A stretch of DNA of 64,000 nt from Aureliella sp. (GTDB lineage: Bacteria > Planctomycetota > Planctomycetia > Pirellulales > Pirellulaceae), in contig OY829846.1 of NCBI GenBank assembly GCA_963691875.1, positions 1,088,001 through 1,152,000 of the forward strand, given 5' to 3'. Under the pieces are notes generated by a model that saw only the letters and a program-made list of their open reading frames with translations, searched no databases and was not told the DNA's origin. Positions 51,220 through 62,428 of this stretch are shown in pieces; the stretch's first letter is position 1, and every line of letters starts with the position of its first letter. The translations under genes were made by a program, and so were the position numbers.

Positions 51220-52539
51220 ATGACAACTGCTGAGGAGACAATCGAAGTGGACACCAATACGGCTCGCTTAACCGTTGGGGAACACGAACTCGAGATGCCT
51301 GTCGTTGTTGGCAGTGAAGACGAACGTGCGTTGGACATTGCCGAGTTGAGGAAGAAGACCGGCCACATCACGATAGACGAAGGTTTCGTCAACACCGGTA
51401 GCACTTCCAGCGCGATTACTTTTCTGAACGGCGAGAAAGGTATCTTGCGTTATCGCGGATATCCCATCGAGCAGATCGCCCGAAACTGTGACTTCGTCGA
51501 GACTTCCTACCTTTTGATTTACGGCAACCTGCCCAATGCCAAGGAGCTTGCTGATTTTCGTGAGTCGATACGTAAGCACACGATGATTCATGAAGATATG
51601 AGAAACTTTTACAACGGATTTCCTAAGGATGCCCACCCGATGGCAATCCTCTCCTCCGTTGTTGGCGCTTTGTCGACCTTTTATCAAGATTCATTGGATC
51701 CGCGTGATCCAGTGCAGCGTGAAATCTCGATCCACAGGCTGATTGCCAAGCTGCCGACCATTGCTGCATACAGCTACAAAAAGTCTTGCGGTCAGCCATT
51801 CATGTATCCGCAGAATCATCTTTCGTATTGCGAGAATTTCTTGAGATTGATGTTTGCGGTTCCAACGCAAGACTACGAGCCCGATCCAGTTTTCGTCGAA
51901 GCCTTGAACTTGCTGCTGATTTGTCATGCTGATCACGAGCAGAATTGCTCGACCTCGACAGTGCGAATCGTTGGCTCATCCAATGCGAACTTATTCGCGT
52001 CCATCTCCGCTGGCATCTGTGCCCTGTGGGGACCTCTGCACGGTGGTGCGAACGAAGCGTGCGTTCAAATGCTTCAGCGTATTGCTGACGATGGCGGAAA
52101 CGTTGAGAAGTACGTGAACATGGCGAAGGACAAGAGCGACGGTTTCCGACTAATGGGCTTCGGTCACCGCGTCTACAAGAGCTTTGATCCTCGTGCAACG
52201 ATTATCAAGGAGACTTGCGATAAGCTGCTTAACAAGTTGCAACTCGATGACCCTTTGTTTGAGGTGGCTCAGAAGCTAGAGGAAGTGGCGTTGAAAGACG
52301 AGTACTTCATCGAGCGCAAGCTTTATCCGAATGTCGATTTCTACTCAGGTATCATTTATCGAGCGATGGGACTTCCCACTCGCATGTTCACCGTGCTGTT
52401 CGCCATCGGTCGCCTACCCGGCTGGATTGCTCACTGGGTCGAGATGCACAATTCCTCCTCGACCAGAATTGGACGTCCAAGGCAGGTTTACACCGGACCT
52501 ACAGTTCGAGACGTTGTCCCCATGGATCAACGCGACTAG
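51220..52539 (+). CDS. gltA: Citrate synthase
   Basis: LRYRGYPIE, HADHEQNCST, GPLHGGANE, LMGFGHRVYK, YPNVDFYSG. Confidence 0.97.
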   Translation: MTTAEETIEVDTNTARLTVGEHELEMPVVVGSEDERALDIAELRKKTGHITIDEGFVNTGSTSSAITFLNGEKGILRYRGYPIEQIARNCDFVETSYLLIYGNLPNAKELADFRESIRKHTMIHEDMRNFYNGFPKDAHPMAILSSVVGALSTFYQDSLDPRDPVQREISIHRLIAKLPTIAAYSYKKSCGQPFMYPQNHLSYCENFLRLMFAVPTQDYEPDPVFVEALNLLLICHADHEQNCSTSTVRIVGSSNANLFASISAGICALWGPLHGGANEACVQMLQRIADDGGNVEKYVNMAKDKSDGFRLMGFGHRVYKSFDPRATIIKETCDKLLNKLQLDDPLFEVAQKLEEVALKDEYFIERKLYPNVDFYSGIIYRAMGLPTRMFTVLFAIGRLPGWIAHWVEMHNSSSTRIGRPRQVYTGPTVRDVVPMDQRD

Positions 52540-52607
52540 TGCTTTAGCCGATTTGGGCGTCGGTTATCATAATACAACTTGGATGCATTGCACCACTGGG
52601 CGCGAAG

Positions 52608-53456
52608 GTGAGCGAAGCGACGGAGAGCGTTAGTATTGAGTTGGAGGCACTTGATGCCCCCGTAAGCCAGCTAACCTTTCTCCGGCAAGCCCTCATTTGC
52701 GCCGAACTTGCAAAGCTGTCTTACTATCGCCCCGACATTGTTTCTGTCTTGGCCGAAAGCGTCGGGCTCGAGCAATGTGAGTATTTTGATCGGGACGGCG
52801 CACAGGCGTACATTTTCGGCAATCGCTTTGACTGCTTTGTGGTTTGTCGAGGCACTGAGCCGAATGAGTGGAACGACATCAAAGCTGACGTGAACGCAGT
52901 GAGTGTTTTGGCCGAAACGGTTGGCAAAGTGCACGCGGGCTTCAAAGCAGAAGTCGACGACCTGTGGCCTCGCATGCAGATCGCCCTACAAGAGAATCAA
53001 AGGCCGCTTTGGTTTGCCGGGCATTCGCTCGGCGGAGCGATGGCAACTATTTGTGCTGGACGGTGCAAGCTGGCTGAGATTCCAGCCAACCCAAGCGGAC
53101 TCTTCACGTTTGGAAGTCCACGAGTCGGGAACGGGCGTTACATCAACTTCGTCAAGATCCCTCACTACCGGTTCGTCAACAACAATGATATCGTCTGCAG
53201 GGTGCCTCCCGCTTGGCTTGGGTACAAGCACTGCGGCCGCGAGATGTATTTCAATGCCCTCGGCAGATTGAGGAAATACAGTAATTGGCGAAAAGTGCGT
53301 GACCAATGGTACGGCTTCTTTCTCGCCCTCGGCAAGTTCAAGATCGATCACTTCGCTGACCATTCGATGCTCAAGTACATCGAGTACTTGCAACATGCAG
53401 TGAAAGATGAGGAATCTGGGAAGATACCACGCCAGGAAAAAACAGTCTTTGCCTAG
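52608..53456 (+). CDS. Lipase, class 3
   Basis: RGT, VHAGF, GHSLGGA, FGSPRVG, DIVCRVP, DH. Confidence 0.9.
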   Translation: MSEATESVSIELEALDAPVSQLTFLRQALICAELAKLSYYRPDIVSVLAESVGLEQCEYFDRDGAQAYIFGNRFDCFVVCRGTEPNEWNDIKADVNAVSVLAETVGKVHAGFKAEVDDLWPRMQIALQENQRPLWFAGHSLGGAMATICAGRCKLAEIPANPSGLFTFGSPRVGNGRYINFVKIPHYRFVNNNDIVCRVPPAWLGYKHCGREMYFNALGRLRKYSNWRKVRDQWYGFFLALGKFKIDHFADHSMLKYIEYLQHAVKDEESGKIPRQEKTVFA

Positions 53457-53572
53457 CGAATGTGGTCGAGGAAGCCCCAATCACCACCCAGAGTCCTAGC
53501 GATGAACAGCAGACGCGTCTCCTCCCTGACGCTTAAGTCCATCCACAACACCAGACAGAAGGAGAAGAGTAG

Positions 53573-53881
53573 ATGAAAATTGCTCACATGGTTTACTTTG
53601 AACTAGAAGATGCTTCGGATGAAAAGATCGAACATCAAATCAGCCAGTGCAAGAAGTACTTGGATAACCACGAGGGTCTAGAGTACTTTGCAGTTGGCAC
53701 GCTGAATCCCGAATTGCGTCGCGAAGTCAACGATCACGACTTTCACGTTAGTCTGCATACAGTGTTCGTCGATCGCGAAGCCCACGATCGTTACCAAGTC
53801 GAACCAAGACATTTGGAATTCATCGAAAGCAATAAGGCAAACTGGAAGAAAGTTCGAGTCTTTGATTCAGACTTGCACTAG
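53573..53881 (+). CDS. Dabb family (stress-responsive alpha/beta barrel) protein
   Basis: HMVYFEL...HDRYQVEPRHLEFI...VRVFD; RBS GAAGGAG. Confidence 0.85.
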   Translation: MKIAHMVYFELEDASDEKIEHQISQCKKYLDNHEGLEYFAVGTLNPELRREVNDHDFHVSLHTVFVDREAHDRYQVEPRHLEFIESNKANWKKVRVFDSDLH

Positions 53882-54196
53882 CCTGCTTTCGCGGATTTTT
53901 TATGGGCAACAGGTCCAGTCTTGACATGTTTTTTAGCACTGGCAAAACTACCGCTACACAATTGAACGGGGCGAGGAGTTTGGTTGCCGGAAAAAATGAC
54001 TGGCCCGAATCATTCCGCTCAACGGAATCACATCGAAATCGATGGCGGAAGAATTTCGCGTGGTGTGAAAGAACAACACTAGTTAGCCTAATAGCTATCG
54101 AGTCCAGAGATGGTTTTGGCAGTTAGCTGCCTCAACCACTGTACGCGCACAACTGATCGCTAATTCTTCACACACATAGCAATTCGACTCCGCCCC

Positions 54197-55447
54197 ATGG
54201 CTTCCTGTGAGCTACAGCCCGCGACTGATCTCTCAGAGCCTAGCTCTCGCTCGACGATTGCTGAGCAGATTGAACCTGAAAAACTTTATGACCGCAACTT
54301 TGTCCTGGCATTCTTGAGTCAGACCGTCTTTGTCATCGCCAATACATTGATGGCCCACTATGGTCGGTGGATTGAGTTCCTGGGAGGTAATCTTCAGCAA
54401 GTCGGTTGGATCACAGGCGTATGTGTGGCCACTAGTATTGTCATGCGGCCGATGATGGCTTTGCTCATCAATCGTCTCGGTGCAAAAACGACTTGGTGGA
54501 TGGGCTACTTAGTCTTTTCGCTCAGTGCATCGGTGAACTGTTTTCTGCCTGACTTAAACTTCGCCATCTATTTCATTCGATCCTGCAACGTGCTGGGAGC
54601 GGCGATTGTTTTTGCAAGTAGCTTGACCTATATCTCCCAGATTGCACCGGAGGAGAGAAGAACTGAGGCGATTGGCATTCTGGGAGTGGGCGGATTTTTC
54701 GGCATGTTGGTCGGCCCTTACCTGGGAGACCTTCTGCTGGGCGATGGAACACGCGAGCGCAGTGGCTTCTTAACTTTGTTTGCCATGGCAGCTGCTGCCA
54801 ACATTTTTCCGGGGATCATGCTCTACTTCCTGAAAGCACCGAAGCGACCGCCGTCGGTACATTCGTTGCGAATGAGTCAGTTCGTGCATGTAGCGCGGGA
54901 GTATTGGCCAGGCCGAATCTTGCTGGTCGATTTCGTATTTGGCGTGTGCATGACTGTGCCGTTCGCATTCCTCGTGAATTTCGTCGACGATCTCAACCTG
55001 CGCTTTGCCGGCTGGTCTGAAGTGGGATTCTTTTTCATCTGCTACGCCTCGGTAGGAATCATATTCCGCGTCGGACTGAGAAGACTCCCAGAACAAATTG
55101 GTCCGCAAAATGTTCTGCTCATCGGACTATGTGTGATGGCGCTTGGAATGTTTAGCTTTTCACTGGTGGGACCACAGAGAGTCAGTTTTCTGGCGATACC
55201 AGCCGTGCTTGCTGGGCTCGGACACAGCCTGATGTTTCACACGATGACTTCGCTGACGATTCATTCCTTTCCGCAGGAGTATCGTGGAACGGGATCCGCA
55301 CTGGCGCTCATGACATTAGATCTAGGAACTCTACTGGGAGCTCCGGTTCTGGGCTGGATTGGAGCTGAGTTCGGCTACTCGATGCTTTTCAATACCATCG
55401 CTTTCGCTTTAATCGCCACATTCGTTTTTTGCCTGAAGAAGATCTGA
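54197..55447 (+). CDS. MFS transporter
   Basis: About 12 TM helices; INRLGAK motif-A-like, PEERRTEAIG. Confidence 0.88.
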   Translation: MASCELQPATDLSEPSSRSTIAEQIEPEKLYDRNFVLAFLSQTVFVIANTLMAHYGRWIEFLGGNLQQVGWITGVCVATSIVMRPMMALLINRLGAKTTWWMGYLVFSLSASVNCFLPDLNFAIYFIRSCNVLGAAIVFASSLTYISQIAPEERRTEAIGILGVGGFFGMLVGPYLGDLLLGDGTRERSGFLTLFAMAAAANIFPGIMLYFLKAPKRPPSVHSLRMSQFVHVAREYWPGRILLVDFVFGVCMTVPFAFLVNFVDDLNLRFAGWSEVGFFFICYASVGIIFRVGLRRLPEQIGPQNVLLIGLCVMALGMFSFSLVGPQRVSFLAIPAVLAGLGHSLMFHTMTSLTIHSFPQEYRGTGSALALMTLDLGTLLGAPVLGWIGAEFGYSMLFNTIAFALIATFVFCLKKI

Positions 55448-55599
55448 CAGCCTCTCCAGCTCCTGATAGGCAAAATGGCAACTCTTCTCTATCTTGAGAG
55501 ACTGTGGATCGCGTGCCTGTCTGGCGGGCGATTTTACAGTTGCGCATTTTTCCAGCGTCGCGTCTTTTCATTCGGGGCTGAGAGGAAGTTGGGTAGGTC

Positions 55600-56562
55600 A
55601 TGCATTATCTGATCACAGGCGGTTGCGGTTTCATCGGTTCTCATTTGGCCGAATCTTTGCTTCGTGCCGGCCAACAAGTCACACTGCTGGACGATCTATC
55701 TACAGGCAAGATCAGCAACGTGCGGCACCTGGAAAGCAATCCGAACCTTCGAATTCTGATCGGGAGTGTCACCGATCCAGATTTAGTACATGAAGCTGTT
55801 GGTGAATGCGACGCGGTTTATCATCTCGCGTCGGCTGTTGGCGTGAAGCTCATCATGGAGAAGCCAGTTGAGACTATCGACACAATTGTTACCGGCACGC
55901 AGATCGTTCTTGAGCAGGTCAATCGCTATCGCAAGCCCGTCTTGCTAACGTCGACTTCCGAGGTTTACGGCAAGTCGACATCAGTGCCCTTTGAGGAAGA
56001 TGGTGACCGACTTGCTGGCCCAACTACGAAACATCGCTGGGCTTACGCCTGTGCTAAAGCTTTGGATGAATTTATGGCCATGGCCTATTGGAAATCAAGC
56101 CGCCTTCCCGTGGTGGTCGTGAGATTGTTCAACACCGTTGGACCGCGACAGACCGGACAGTATGGAATGGTGATTCCCAACTTTGTCGCCAATGCTCTCG
56201 CAGGGGAATCACTGGTGGTGCACGGAGATGGCAACCAATCACGTTGTTTTTGCCATGTTGAAGACGTAGTGCGTGGATTGGTCGGCTTGATGAACTGCGA
56301 TGAAGCTCGGGGCGAAGTTGTCAATTTGGGTGCCACAGAGGAAGTCACGATTGGCGAACTAGCACGGCGAATCATTCGGTGGACAAACAGCTCTTCTGAC
56401 ATTCACAGCGTGACCTACGAGTCGGTGTATGGTGACGGTTTTGAAGATATGCAGCGACGTGTGCCCAGCATCGAGAAGGCAAATCGGCTCGTGGGTTGGC
56501 AGCCCGAAAAGAGCCTTGAGGATATTGTGGCAGCCGTTGCCGAAGGGCAGCGTCAAGCGTAG
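55600..56562 (+). CDS. NAD-dependent nucleotide-sugar epimerase/dehydratase
   Basis: TGGCGFIG, STSEVYG, YACAK, RLFNTVGPRQ. Confidence 0.92.
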   Translation: MHYLITGGCGFIGSHLAESLLRAGQQVTLLDDLSTGKISNVRHLESNPNLRILIGSVTDPDLVHEAVGECDAVYHLASAVGVKLIMEKPVETIDTIVTGTQIVLEQVNRYRKPVLLTSTSEVYGKSTSVPFEEDGDRLAGPTTKHRWAYACAKALDEFMAMAYWKSSRLPVVVVRLFNTVGPRQTGQYGMVIPNFVANALAGESLVVHGDGNQSRCFCHVEDVVRGLVGLMNCDEARGEVVNLGATEEVTIGELARRIIRWTNSSSDIHSVTYESVYGDGFEDMQRRVPSIEKANRLVGWQPEKSLEDIVAAVAEGQRQA

Positions 56563-56713
56563 CTCGACAATCGCACTTCCTGCCAACATTGCTAGCACCG
56601 AACGCAAGCCAGCGAGTCCTCTGCACAACGGCCAGGACACGTTTGCAAATGCAGACCGAAGTCTGCGGCTGCGCGTTAAACAACAATGGTCCTGGCTACG
56701 CAAAATCTTCGCG

Positions 56714-57553
56714 TTAAAGCCATAACTTCAATCGCCCATCAAGCATGTCGGGTAACTTCTTTTCGACAATCCGCTGCACCTGCTTCGCGTTATAGCGAAC
56801 ACTGAAATGCCCCATGATGACGAGCTCATTCTCGAACTTGTCTTGCCGGGCAATAATGTCATCCAAGTGCATGTGCCCATGCTTGTGAATCTTATCTTTT
56901 CGGTGCTGCGGAGCGACAAAAGTCATCTCAGTGATCAGCACTTGTGCTTGATACATATCGGGATTGTTGTCCAAGCCTGGAGGGCTGGTGTCACCTGTAT
57001 AGGCCAGGATGGGCATCCGAGTTTCTTCGCTCACTTCGGTACCCGACATTCGCAAGTCGCGAATCTGAGAGCCCTCTAAGTCTCGATACTCGGCTTTCAA
57101 CTTCTTTCGACGTTCCCAAACGATGAAACCAACGCTTGGTACTGTGTGCGTTGTCTTGTGTACGGTCATCATCAGCTCACGCGACAACTCTATCTCTTCT
57201 CCCGGCTCAACTCCGATTAGGTTGCAAGGCAGCCGCCCTCGGTCAAGACGCGAAAAGGCAGCCAACATGCCTTGAACATTAGAAAGAATCTGTTCGGGTA
57301 AGTAGATCGTTGGCGGTTCCATCTTCATCATGCGCCGTCGAGCAACATAGACAGCTAGTGCCGCCACGTGGTCGAGGTGACCATGAGTGATCGCCCAAGT
57401 TGGCGTACCCATGAAGTCCCAAGGCTGCGCACCAAGATCGAATCCCATACGCAATTCCGGCACTCGCCAGCAACTCTGAACGGCAGCGCGCGAGTAACCT
57501 TCAATGGTCAACGACTTGTGCTGGTGGGAAAGAAATGGAACGTTATCTAACAT
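56714..57553 (-). CDS. Metallo-beta-lactamase-fold hydrolase (tRNase Z-like)
   Basis: THGHLDH, YTGDT, EMTF, HFS.RY. Confidence 0.85.
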   Translation of the reverse strand: MLDNVPFLSHQHKSLTIEGYSRAAVQSCWRVPELRMGFDLGAQPWDFMGTPTWAITHGHLDHVAALAVYVARRRMMKMEPPTIYLPEQILSNVQGMLAAFSRLDRGRLPCNLIGVEPGEEIELSRELMMTVHKTTHTVPSVGFIVWERRKKLKAEYRDLEGSQIRDLRMSGTEVSEETRMPILAYTGDTSPPGLDNNPDMYQAQVLITEMTFVAPQHRKDKIHKHGHMHLDDIIARQDKFENELVIMGHFSVRYNAKQVQRIVEKKLPDMLDGRLKLWL

Positions 57554-57690
57554 GAATCAGCCGCTCGGTCCCCGGTGTGTTATTCAAGTGGAATAAGCAT
57601 CTTGCCTGTCATCAATCTGGCACATTCTGATCATTCCTGATTCCAAGATAGACTCGGAATGCCAGAATTTGTTCACTTTCGAGCCCAAAC

Positions 57691-57717
57691 AAAAACGGAT
57701 GCCGCACGGCATCCGTT
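57691..57717 (-). terminator. Intrinsic terminator of rpsB-tsf
   Basis: Inverted repeat aacggatgccg/cggcatccgtt followed by a U-run on the minus strand. Confidence 0.85.
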
Positions 57718-57758
57718 CTTGATTTTTGTCTTGAACTCGTAATGTTAGCCAGATCGGT

Positions 57759-58736
57759 CTAGCCGACGGATACACGGCTGAAAGCTACGATCTCAGCACC
57801 ATCAGCAAAATCGGTAACCGCAGCTTCGACGGTCTTGGTGTCATCGAGAGCGAAGAACTGGTTTAGCAAGCACAGCTCTTGGTCCAACAACGTATTATCG
57901 GCGATAAAACGCTCGATCTTCCCAGGAACAATCTTGTCCCAGATCTTCTCTGGCTTGCCTTCAGCTTCAAGCTGAGCCTTGATGTCGGCTTCTGCCTTGG
58001 CCATAACTTCTGGAGTCAATTGCTTGCGGCTAGCGTACTGAGGCACATTCTTCAGTGGCTTGCCCAAACGCTCGCGATCTTCGTTCTCGACTTTGATTTG
58101 TCCTTGAAGCGATTCTGCTTCCTTCTCAACGAATTCCATCTCGAATTCATTGCAGTGCAGGATCTTAGGACTCATTGCCGCTACGTGCATGGCAATGCTG
58201 CGAAAAAACTGATCTGCACCATCCTTGCCACCATCCTTGTAGGAAATCAGAACGCCAATCTTTGAACCGGAGTGGATGTAGGAGGCAATCTTGTCGCCTT
58301 CCACCACCTGCAAGTCAGATACTTCGATCTTCTCGCCGATCTTACCGGTTTGCTCGACGAGCTTGTCGCTGACTGAGGTGCCGTCGATCTCAAGTGGCAA
58401 AATGCCTTCCTTGTCTTTGACGCCATTAGCAAGAGCCAAGTTGGCTAGCTTGTTAGCGAAAGCGATAAAGTCCTCATTCTTCGCAACGAAGTCGGTTTCA
58501 CAGCTGAGAGCCATCACGACTCCCTTGTTGCCAGACTCATCTAGCACAGTCACGACAACACCTTCGTTCGCATCACGATCCGCACGCTTTGCGGCAACTT
58601 TCTGTCCCTTTTTGCGAAGGTAGTCCAAAGCACCTTCGTAGTCGCCACCGGACTCTTGCAAGGCCTTCTTGCAGTCCATCAGACCTGCTCCGGTGGCTTT
58701 CCGTAGTTCAGCAACTTCACTAGCTGAGATAGACAT
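57759..58736 (-). CDS. tsf: Elongation factor Ts (long form)
   Basis: ELRKATGAGLMDCKKAL, CETDFVAKN, GEKI, YIH, MHVAA, GKPEKIW. Confidence 0.97.
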   Translation of the reverse strand: MSISASEVAELRKATGAGLMDCKKALQESGGDYEGALDYLRKKGQKVAAKRADRDANEGVVVTVLDESGNKGVVMALSCETDFVAKNEDFIAFANKLANLALANGVKDKEGILPLEIDGTSVSDKLVEQTGKIGEKIEVSDLQVVEGDKIASYIHSGSKIGVLISYKDGGKDGADQFFRSIAMHVAAMSPKILHCNEFEMEFVEKEAESLQGQIKVENEDRERLGKPLKNVPQYASRKQLTPEVMAKAEADIKAQLEAEGKPEKIWDKIVPGKIERFIADNTLLDQELCLLNQFFALDDTKTVEAAVTDFADGAEIVAFSRVSVG

Positions 58737-58868
58737 TGTCTTCCTTTTGTTTTTTCAAAAACGATGTGGTTGTGTATAAGTGGAAAGAGACAAGCCGGAG
58801 CTCGTCTCTGTTCAGGTTATTATCAAATTCGCGTTAACCGCGTTTATACCGCTCGCTCGGCGAGCGAC

Positions 58869-59630
58869 TTAGCCTTCTGCACCCGCAGCAGCCGCTTCGG
58901 CTGGCTTCTCTGCAGCAGACTCTTGAGCCTTCTTCTGCAGTTCTGGATTCTCAGCCTTACCCTTGCTGATCGCGTCAGCCAGCTGTTCCAGAATCAACTC
59001 GATAGAACGAATACCATCGTCGTTACCTGGGATCGGTAGGTCAACGGATTCTGGATCTGAGTCGGTATCGATCAAAGCGACAGTGGTGATGCCGAGCCGT
59101 TGAGCTTCGCGAATCGCATTCTTTTCCTTGGTAGGGTCAACAATGACCAAGCACTCAGGAATACGATTCATACTTCGCAGACCGTTCAGGTTACGGTAGA
59201 TCTTTCGATACTCGCGATTCAGAGCCGACTGCATCTTCTTCGAGTAAGTGTTGATCTCGTCCGAGTTAATGATCGCCTCAAGTTCTTCCAATCGCCCCAT
59301 TCGATTGCGAATGGTGCGGAAGTTAGTCAACGCGCCGCCCAACCAACGCTCGGAAACGAATGGCATGCCGCAGCGTTCCGCTTGCTTCTGAACGGTGTCT
59401 GATGCTTGTCGCTTCGTGCCTACAAAAAGGACGAGACTGCCGCCAGAAGCGACTTGGTTCAAGTATTTTTTGGCACGGAGTAAACCGCGAAGCGTTTCAC
59501 GGATATCCAGGATGTGGATCGAATTCTTTCGACCGTAGATGTAAGGCTTCATCTTTGGGTTCCACCGACTGCAGCGGTGACCAAAATGAACGCCAGCTTC
59601 AATGAGTTTCTTGACGAACTCGTTTTCCAT
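58869..59630 (-). CDS. rpsB: 30S ribosomal protein S2
   Basis: [34 protein letters not shown]. Confidence 0.98.
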   Translation of the reverse strand: MENEFVKKLIEAGVHFGHRCSRWNPKMKPYIYGRKNSIHILDIRETLRGLLRAKKYLNQVASGGSLVLFVGTKRQASDTVQKQAERCGMPFVSERWLGGALTNFRTIRNRMGRLEELEAIINSDEINTYSKKMQSALNREYRKIYRNLNGLRSMNRIPECLVIVDPTKEKNAIREAQRLGITTVALIDTDSDPESVDLPIPGNDDGIRSIELILEQLADAISKGKAENPELQKKAQESAAEKPAEAAAAGAEG

Positions 59631-60085
59631 CGGAAAACCTTTCTTTCTGTGGATCTACCTGCAATGCGTTGGAACGCACAGACCTCAACATGGGGTCTTC
59701 AGCAACTGGCAAATCGCGTTTAATGATGTGGGAGCGAGGCTCAGATGGATTGGATATCGAACCTGCCTGCAAGTCGAACGAGCGAAATTATCAATTTTGC
59801 TATTATTTCGTCAACGGAGATTTGGGCAAAGAAAGCCCCGAAAAACCCTTAAATCGGGCTTTTTGCGGCACAATCTCGCTCATCGCCAAGAGGGAGCCTT
59901 CCGCCACGACATTCCAGCAATCTAGATAACGGACTCGCATCTCGTAATCCGATTTGAATCCCCCTCGGGCAGGGTGTACGAAAGAATGCACTTCATCTCT
60001 CTTCAGTCCGCTGCTGGGTTGCTTCAGCAGGTAGCCGTGCTTTCGGCTTGGTTCTAGGCAACAGCGTGCACAACAAGGCATAACC

Positions 60086-60469
60086 ATGGAAATGAATCAA
60101 AACAATCACTACGAAACACCCGAAAGCAAGCCAGATTCGCGAAGCCTGACGACCATGGACATTCTCGCAGTGGGAGTGTGGATAGCGAATCTCGCTTTGG
60201 TACTCACTGGCCAAAGCGTACTGCTCGGTTTCTTTGAAGAGTTTGGAATCGAGCTTCCTAGTGCCGCGGTACTTCTACTGAACTTCTATACACGGTTCCT
60301 GTTCGCTGCGGTCGTAGTGGTAGCGCTCTTCGTCGTCATTTTCGTTCCTCGAGGAGCGGCGCGGCGAATGCTTGTATTTTTCGCCACTCTGTCTGGCTTT
60401 CTAGTATTTGTGGTGGCATTAATTTCCATGCTAAACCCGCTTCTAGTGCTATTAAGAGCACTAGCCTGA
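60086..60469 (+). CDS. Hypothetical membrane protein
   Basis: 127-aa ORF with three hydrophobic helices and FEEFGIELP; no family certain. Confidence 0.6.
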   Translation: MEMNQNNHYETPESKPDSRSLTTMDILAVGVWIANLALVLTGQSVLLGFFEEFGIELPSAAVLLLNFYTRFLFAAVVVVALFVVIFVPRGAARRMLVFFATLSGFLVFVVALISMLNPLLVLLRALA

Positions 60470-60593
60470 TTCGGAGAACAGAGAAACGCTCCGATCGGCC
60501 GCGATTTTGCTAGCCCCTGATTTGCCTGCTACAATTCGATTCATATTATTGTTCCAACTTGCTGTTGCGTATTAATGTGACTTAAAGGAAAGC

Positions 60594-61000
60594 ATGCGAA
60601 ACCGCAACGCGTTTTTTTTCATCTCGTTTTCTTGTTGTCAACTCAAGCGGTGTTTGGAGAAGACTCCAGCAACAAGACAGCACCGAAGGAGAGAGCTGGC
60701 TTCGGTTCTCAATTCGCCACTCAGCTGCAAGAGATGGCTGGAACATGGGAGATACTCGAAGCGACGATGCTAGGTGCTCCGCTACCCAAGGATCAATTCG
60801 AGTTACTCGAAATTGACTCAAGTGGCCTCAACTAGCACATGCAGCAGCCGGCAGGTACGCTTCGAGTTCATTTCTTACGAGCGTGATGAGAAAGTTTTCT
60901 CGCTCGTTCGAAAGGAAGAAGACCCTTCAATACTCCGCTGTTTTACGAATTAATGCTACTAGAGAGCGTCTTGCTGATTCGTTATCAAGTGTTGCGACCA
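60594..61000 (+). pseudogene. Decayed exported protein, TIGR03067-like
   Basis: RBS AAAGGAA + ATG 60594; frameshift in the T-rich signal region; then LQEMAGTWEILEATMLGAPLP, TAG at 60833-60835 and further stops. End approximate. Confidence 0.4.
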
Positions 61001-61330
61001 AGCGGCCCGATTAGGATGCCACTGATTCCTAACGCCTTATTCAATAGTGTACGAGTAGCATAACGCAGAACGAAGGAGAAGGAGCTGCGAATTCACCGAG
61101 ACCGCGGGCGCAGCCGAACGACTTAGCTAGCGGCGCGGCGCAAGTGGACGCGCACTCACGTTGGGAGAAACTGCAGTTAATGACCAATTAGCGTTGTGAG
61201 CCGCATCGGCGGCGAACGCCGGGAGTTTCTTGACCAACCAGACCGATTATTGCCGCCACCGAGGTTAGCAAGCCGTCCCCTGGAATTCAAACTACCTGAG
61301 ATCTACGACATTGGATTCGAGAGTGACCAC

Positions 61331-61627
61331 ATGCGCTTCGAAGGATCTGGATACGTCATTCTGCGTGACATAGTCGTGAACCATAGAGGCTTTACTTCAT
61401 GTGTCTCTGAACCGGCAACGGGCAACGATGAAGTCACGATTCGAATGCTTCGTGCACTCTTGGAACAACATTACACGCTCCTTGAGTGTCTCGCTGCGGA
61501 AATACCATCCCCATTCCTGGACGCAGCCCACGAATATGTGAATTCCGTCGAGGAAGATGTAGCCACAGAAAAGTTTTTCGCGGCGCTCAGCGACCTAGCC
61601 TATTGGGCTCCAACCTTAATCGTCTAG
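61331..61627 (+). CDS. Hypothetical protein (possibly a fragment)
   Basis: Protein-like ORF from Met 61331; no recognisable motif. Confidence 0.35.
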   Translation: MRFEGSGYVILRDIVVNHRGFTSCVSEPATGNDEVTIRMLRALLEQHYTLLECLAAEIPSPFLDAAHEYVNSVEEDVATEKFFAALSDLAYWAPTLIV

Positions 61628-61849
61628 GCGACGCAAGTTGGTTCGTCCGTCTTCACAATCGTTCATGCTATCCAGCATCTGCGATGAAGGAAGCATCCTT
61701 TGTACAAGTTCTATGGTCTCTCCCCTCGTATTATCAACTTAAAGGCAGCACTCGGTGCTGTGTACGACTTGCTAGAGGCGATTCGTCCAAGTGAAAACTG
61801 ATAGAGCAATGGAAATTCTGGCTAATCCCATTACGAGAAGTTGCTGCGT

Positions 61850-62428
61850 TCAGAGATCGAGCATGCCGCGAGCTTTTTCTCGAAGCTTAGACAGAACCCG
61901 TGATTTGGCGACCATCACTGTGTTAGTACTGATTCCTAGAGCTTCCGCCACCTGCTGCGGCGATTTGTTCTCAACGGCTGTCTGTAGAAAAGCTTGCCAA
62001 GGCTGAGAGCTAAAGTCTTCGCGAACGGATTTTAGTAGCTGTTGCAATAGGTAGCGGTCGTGTTCTTCTGCCCAAAGCTTACTGAGCGCACTTTTTTCAT
62101 CCTCTAATTCTTGGAGCTCTTGGTGTACTGCCTCTCCCGCAAGATGCCGCTTACTTTGCCGCCAATGATTCCTCACTCGATTGAGAAGAATCGTCCGCAG
62201 CCAGCAGCGAAAAGCTCCAGCATGGCCATTGTGCGAAAAGTTAGGGAGTTCGCGCAGCACGGTGACAAGTACGTCTTGAATGAGATCAGCTACGTCGTCA
62301 CTTTGCACCTGAAACCGTTTTGCCCAGGCCTGCAGCAGTGGTTGGTACAGCTCTTCCAGCAGATGCCAATCTTGGTCGCTACCCGCCGATTGAATTCTGT
62401 CCAAAAGGGTCAGTGACGTTTCGTTCAT
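61850..62428 (-). CDS. ECF RNA polymerase sigma factor, planctomycete type
   Basis: ETSLTLL...W..LEELYQP, DLIQDV, GAFRCWLRTI (region 2); VAEALGISTNTVMVAKSRV (region 4). Confidence 0.9.
   Translation of the reverse strand: MNETSLTLLDRIQSAGSDQDWHLLEELYQPLLQAWAKRFQVQSDDVADLIQDVLVTVLRELPNFSHNGHAGAFRCWLRTILLNRVRNHWRQSKRHLAGEAVHQELQELEDEKSALSKLWAEEHDRYLLQQLLKSVREDFSSQPWQAFLQTAVENKSPQQVAEALGISTNTVMVAKSRVLSKLREKARGMLDL

Noticed and set aside
61050..61200. Integron attC-like site (GCATAAC ... GTT)
   Set aside because: Could not build the required inner inverted repeats, and there is no integrase or cassette array in the window.
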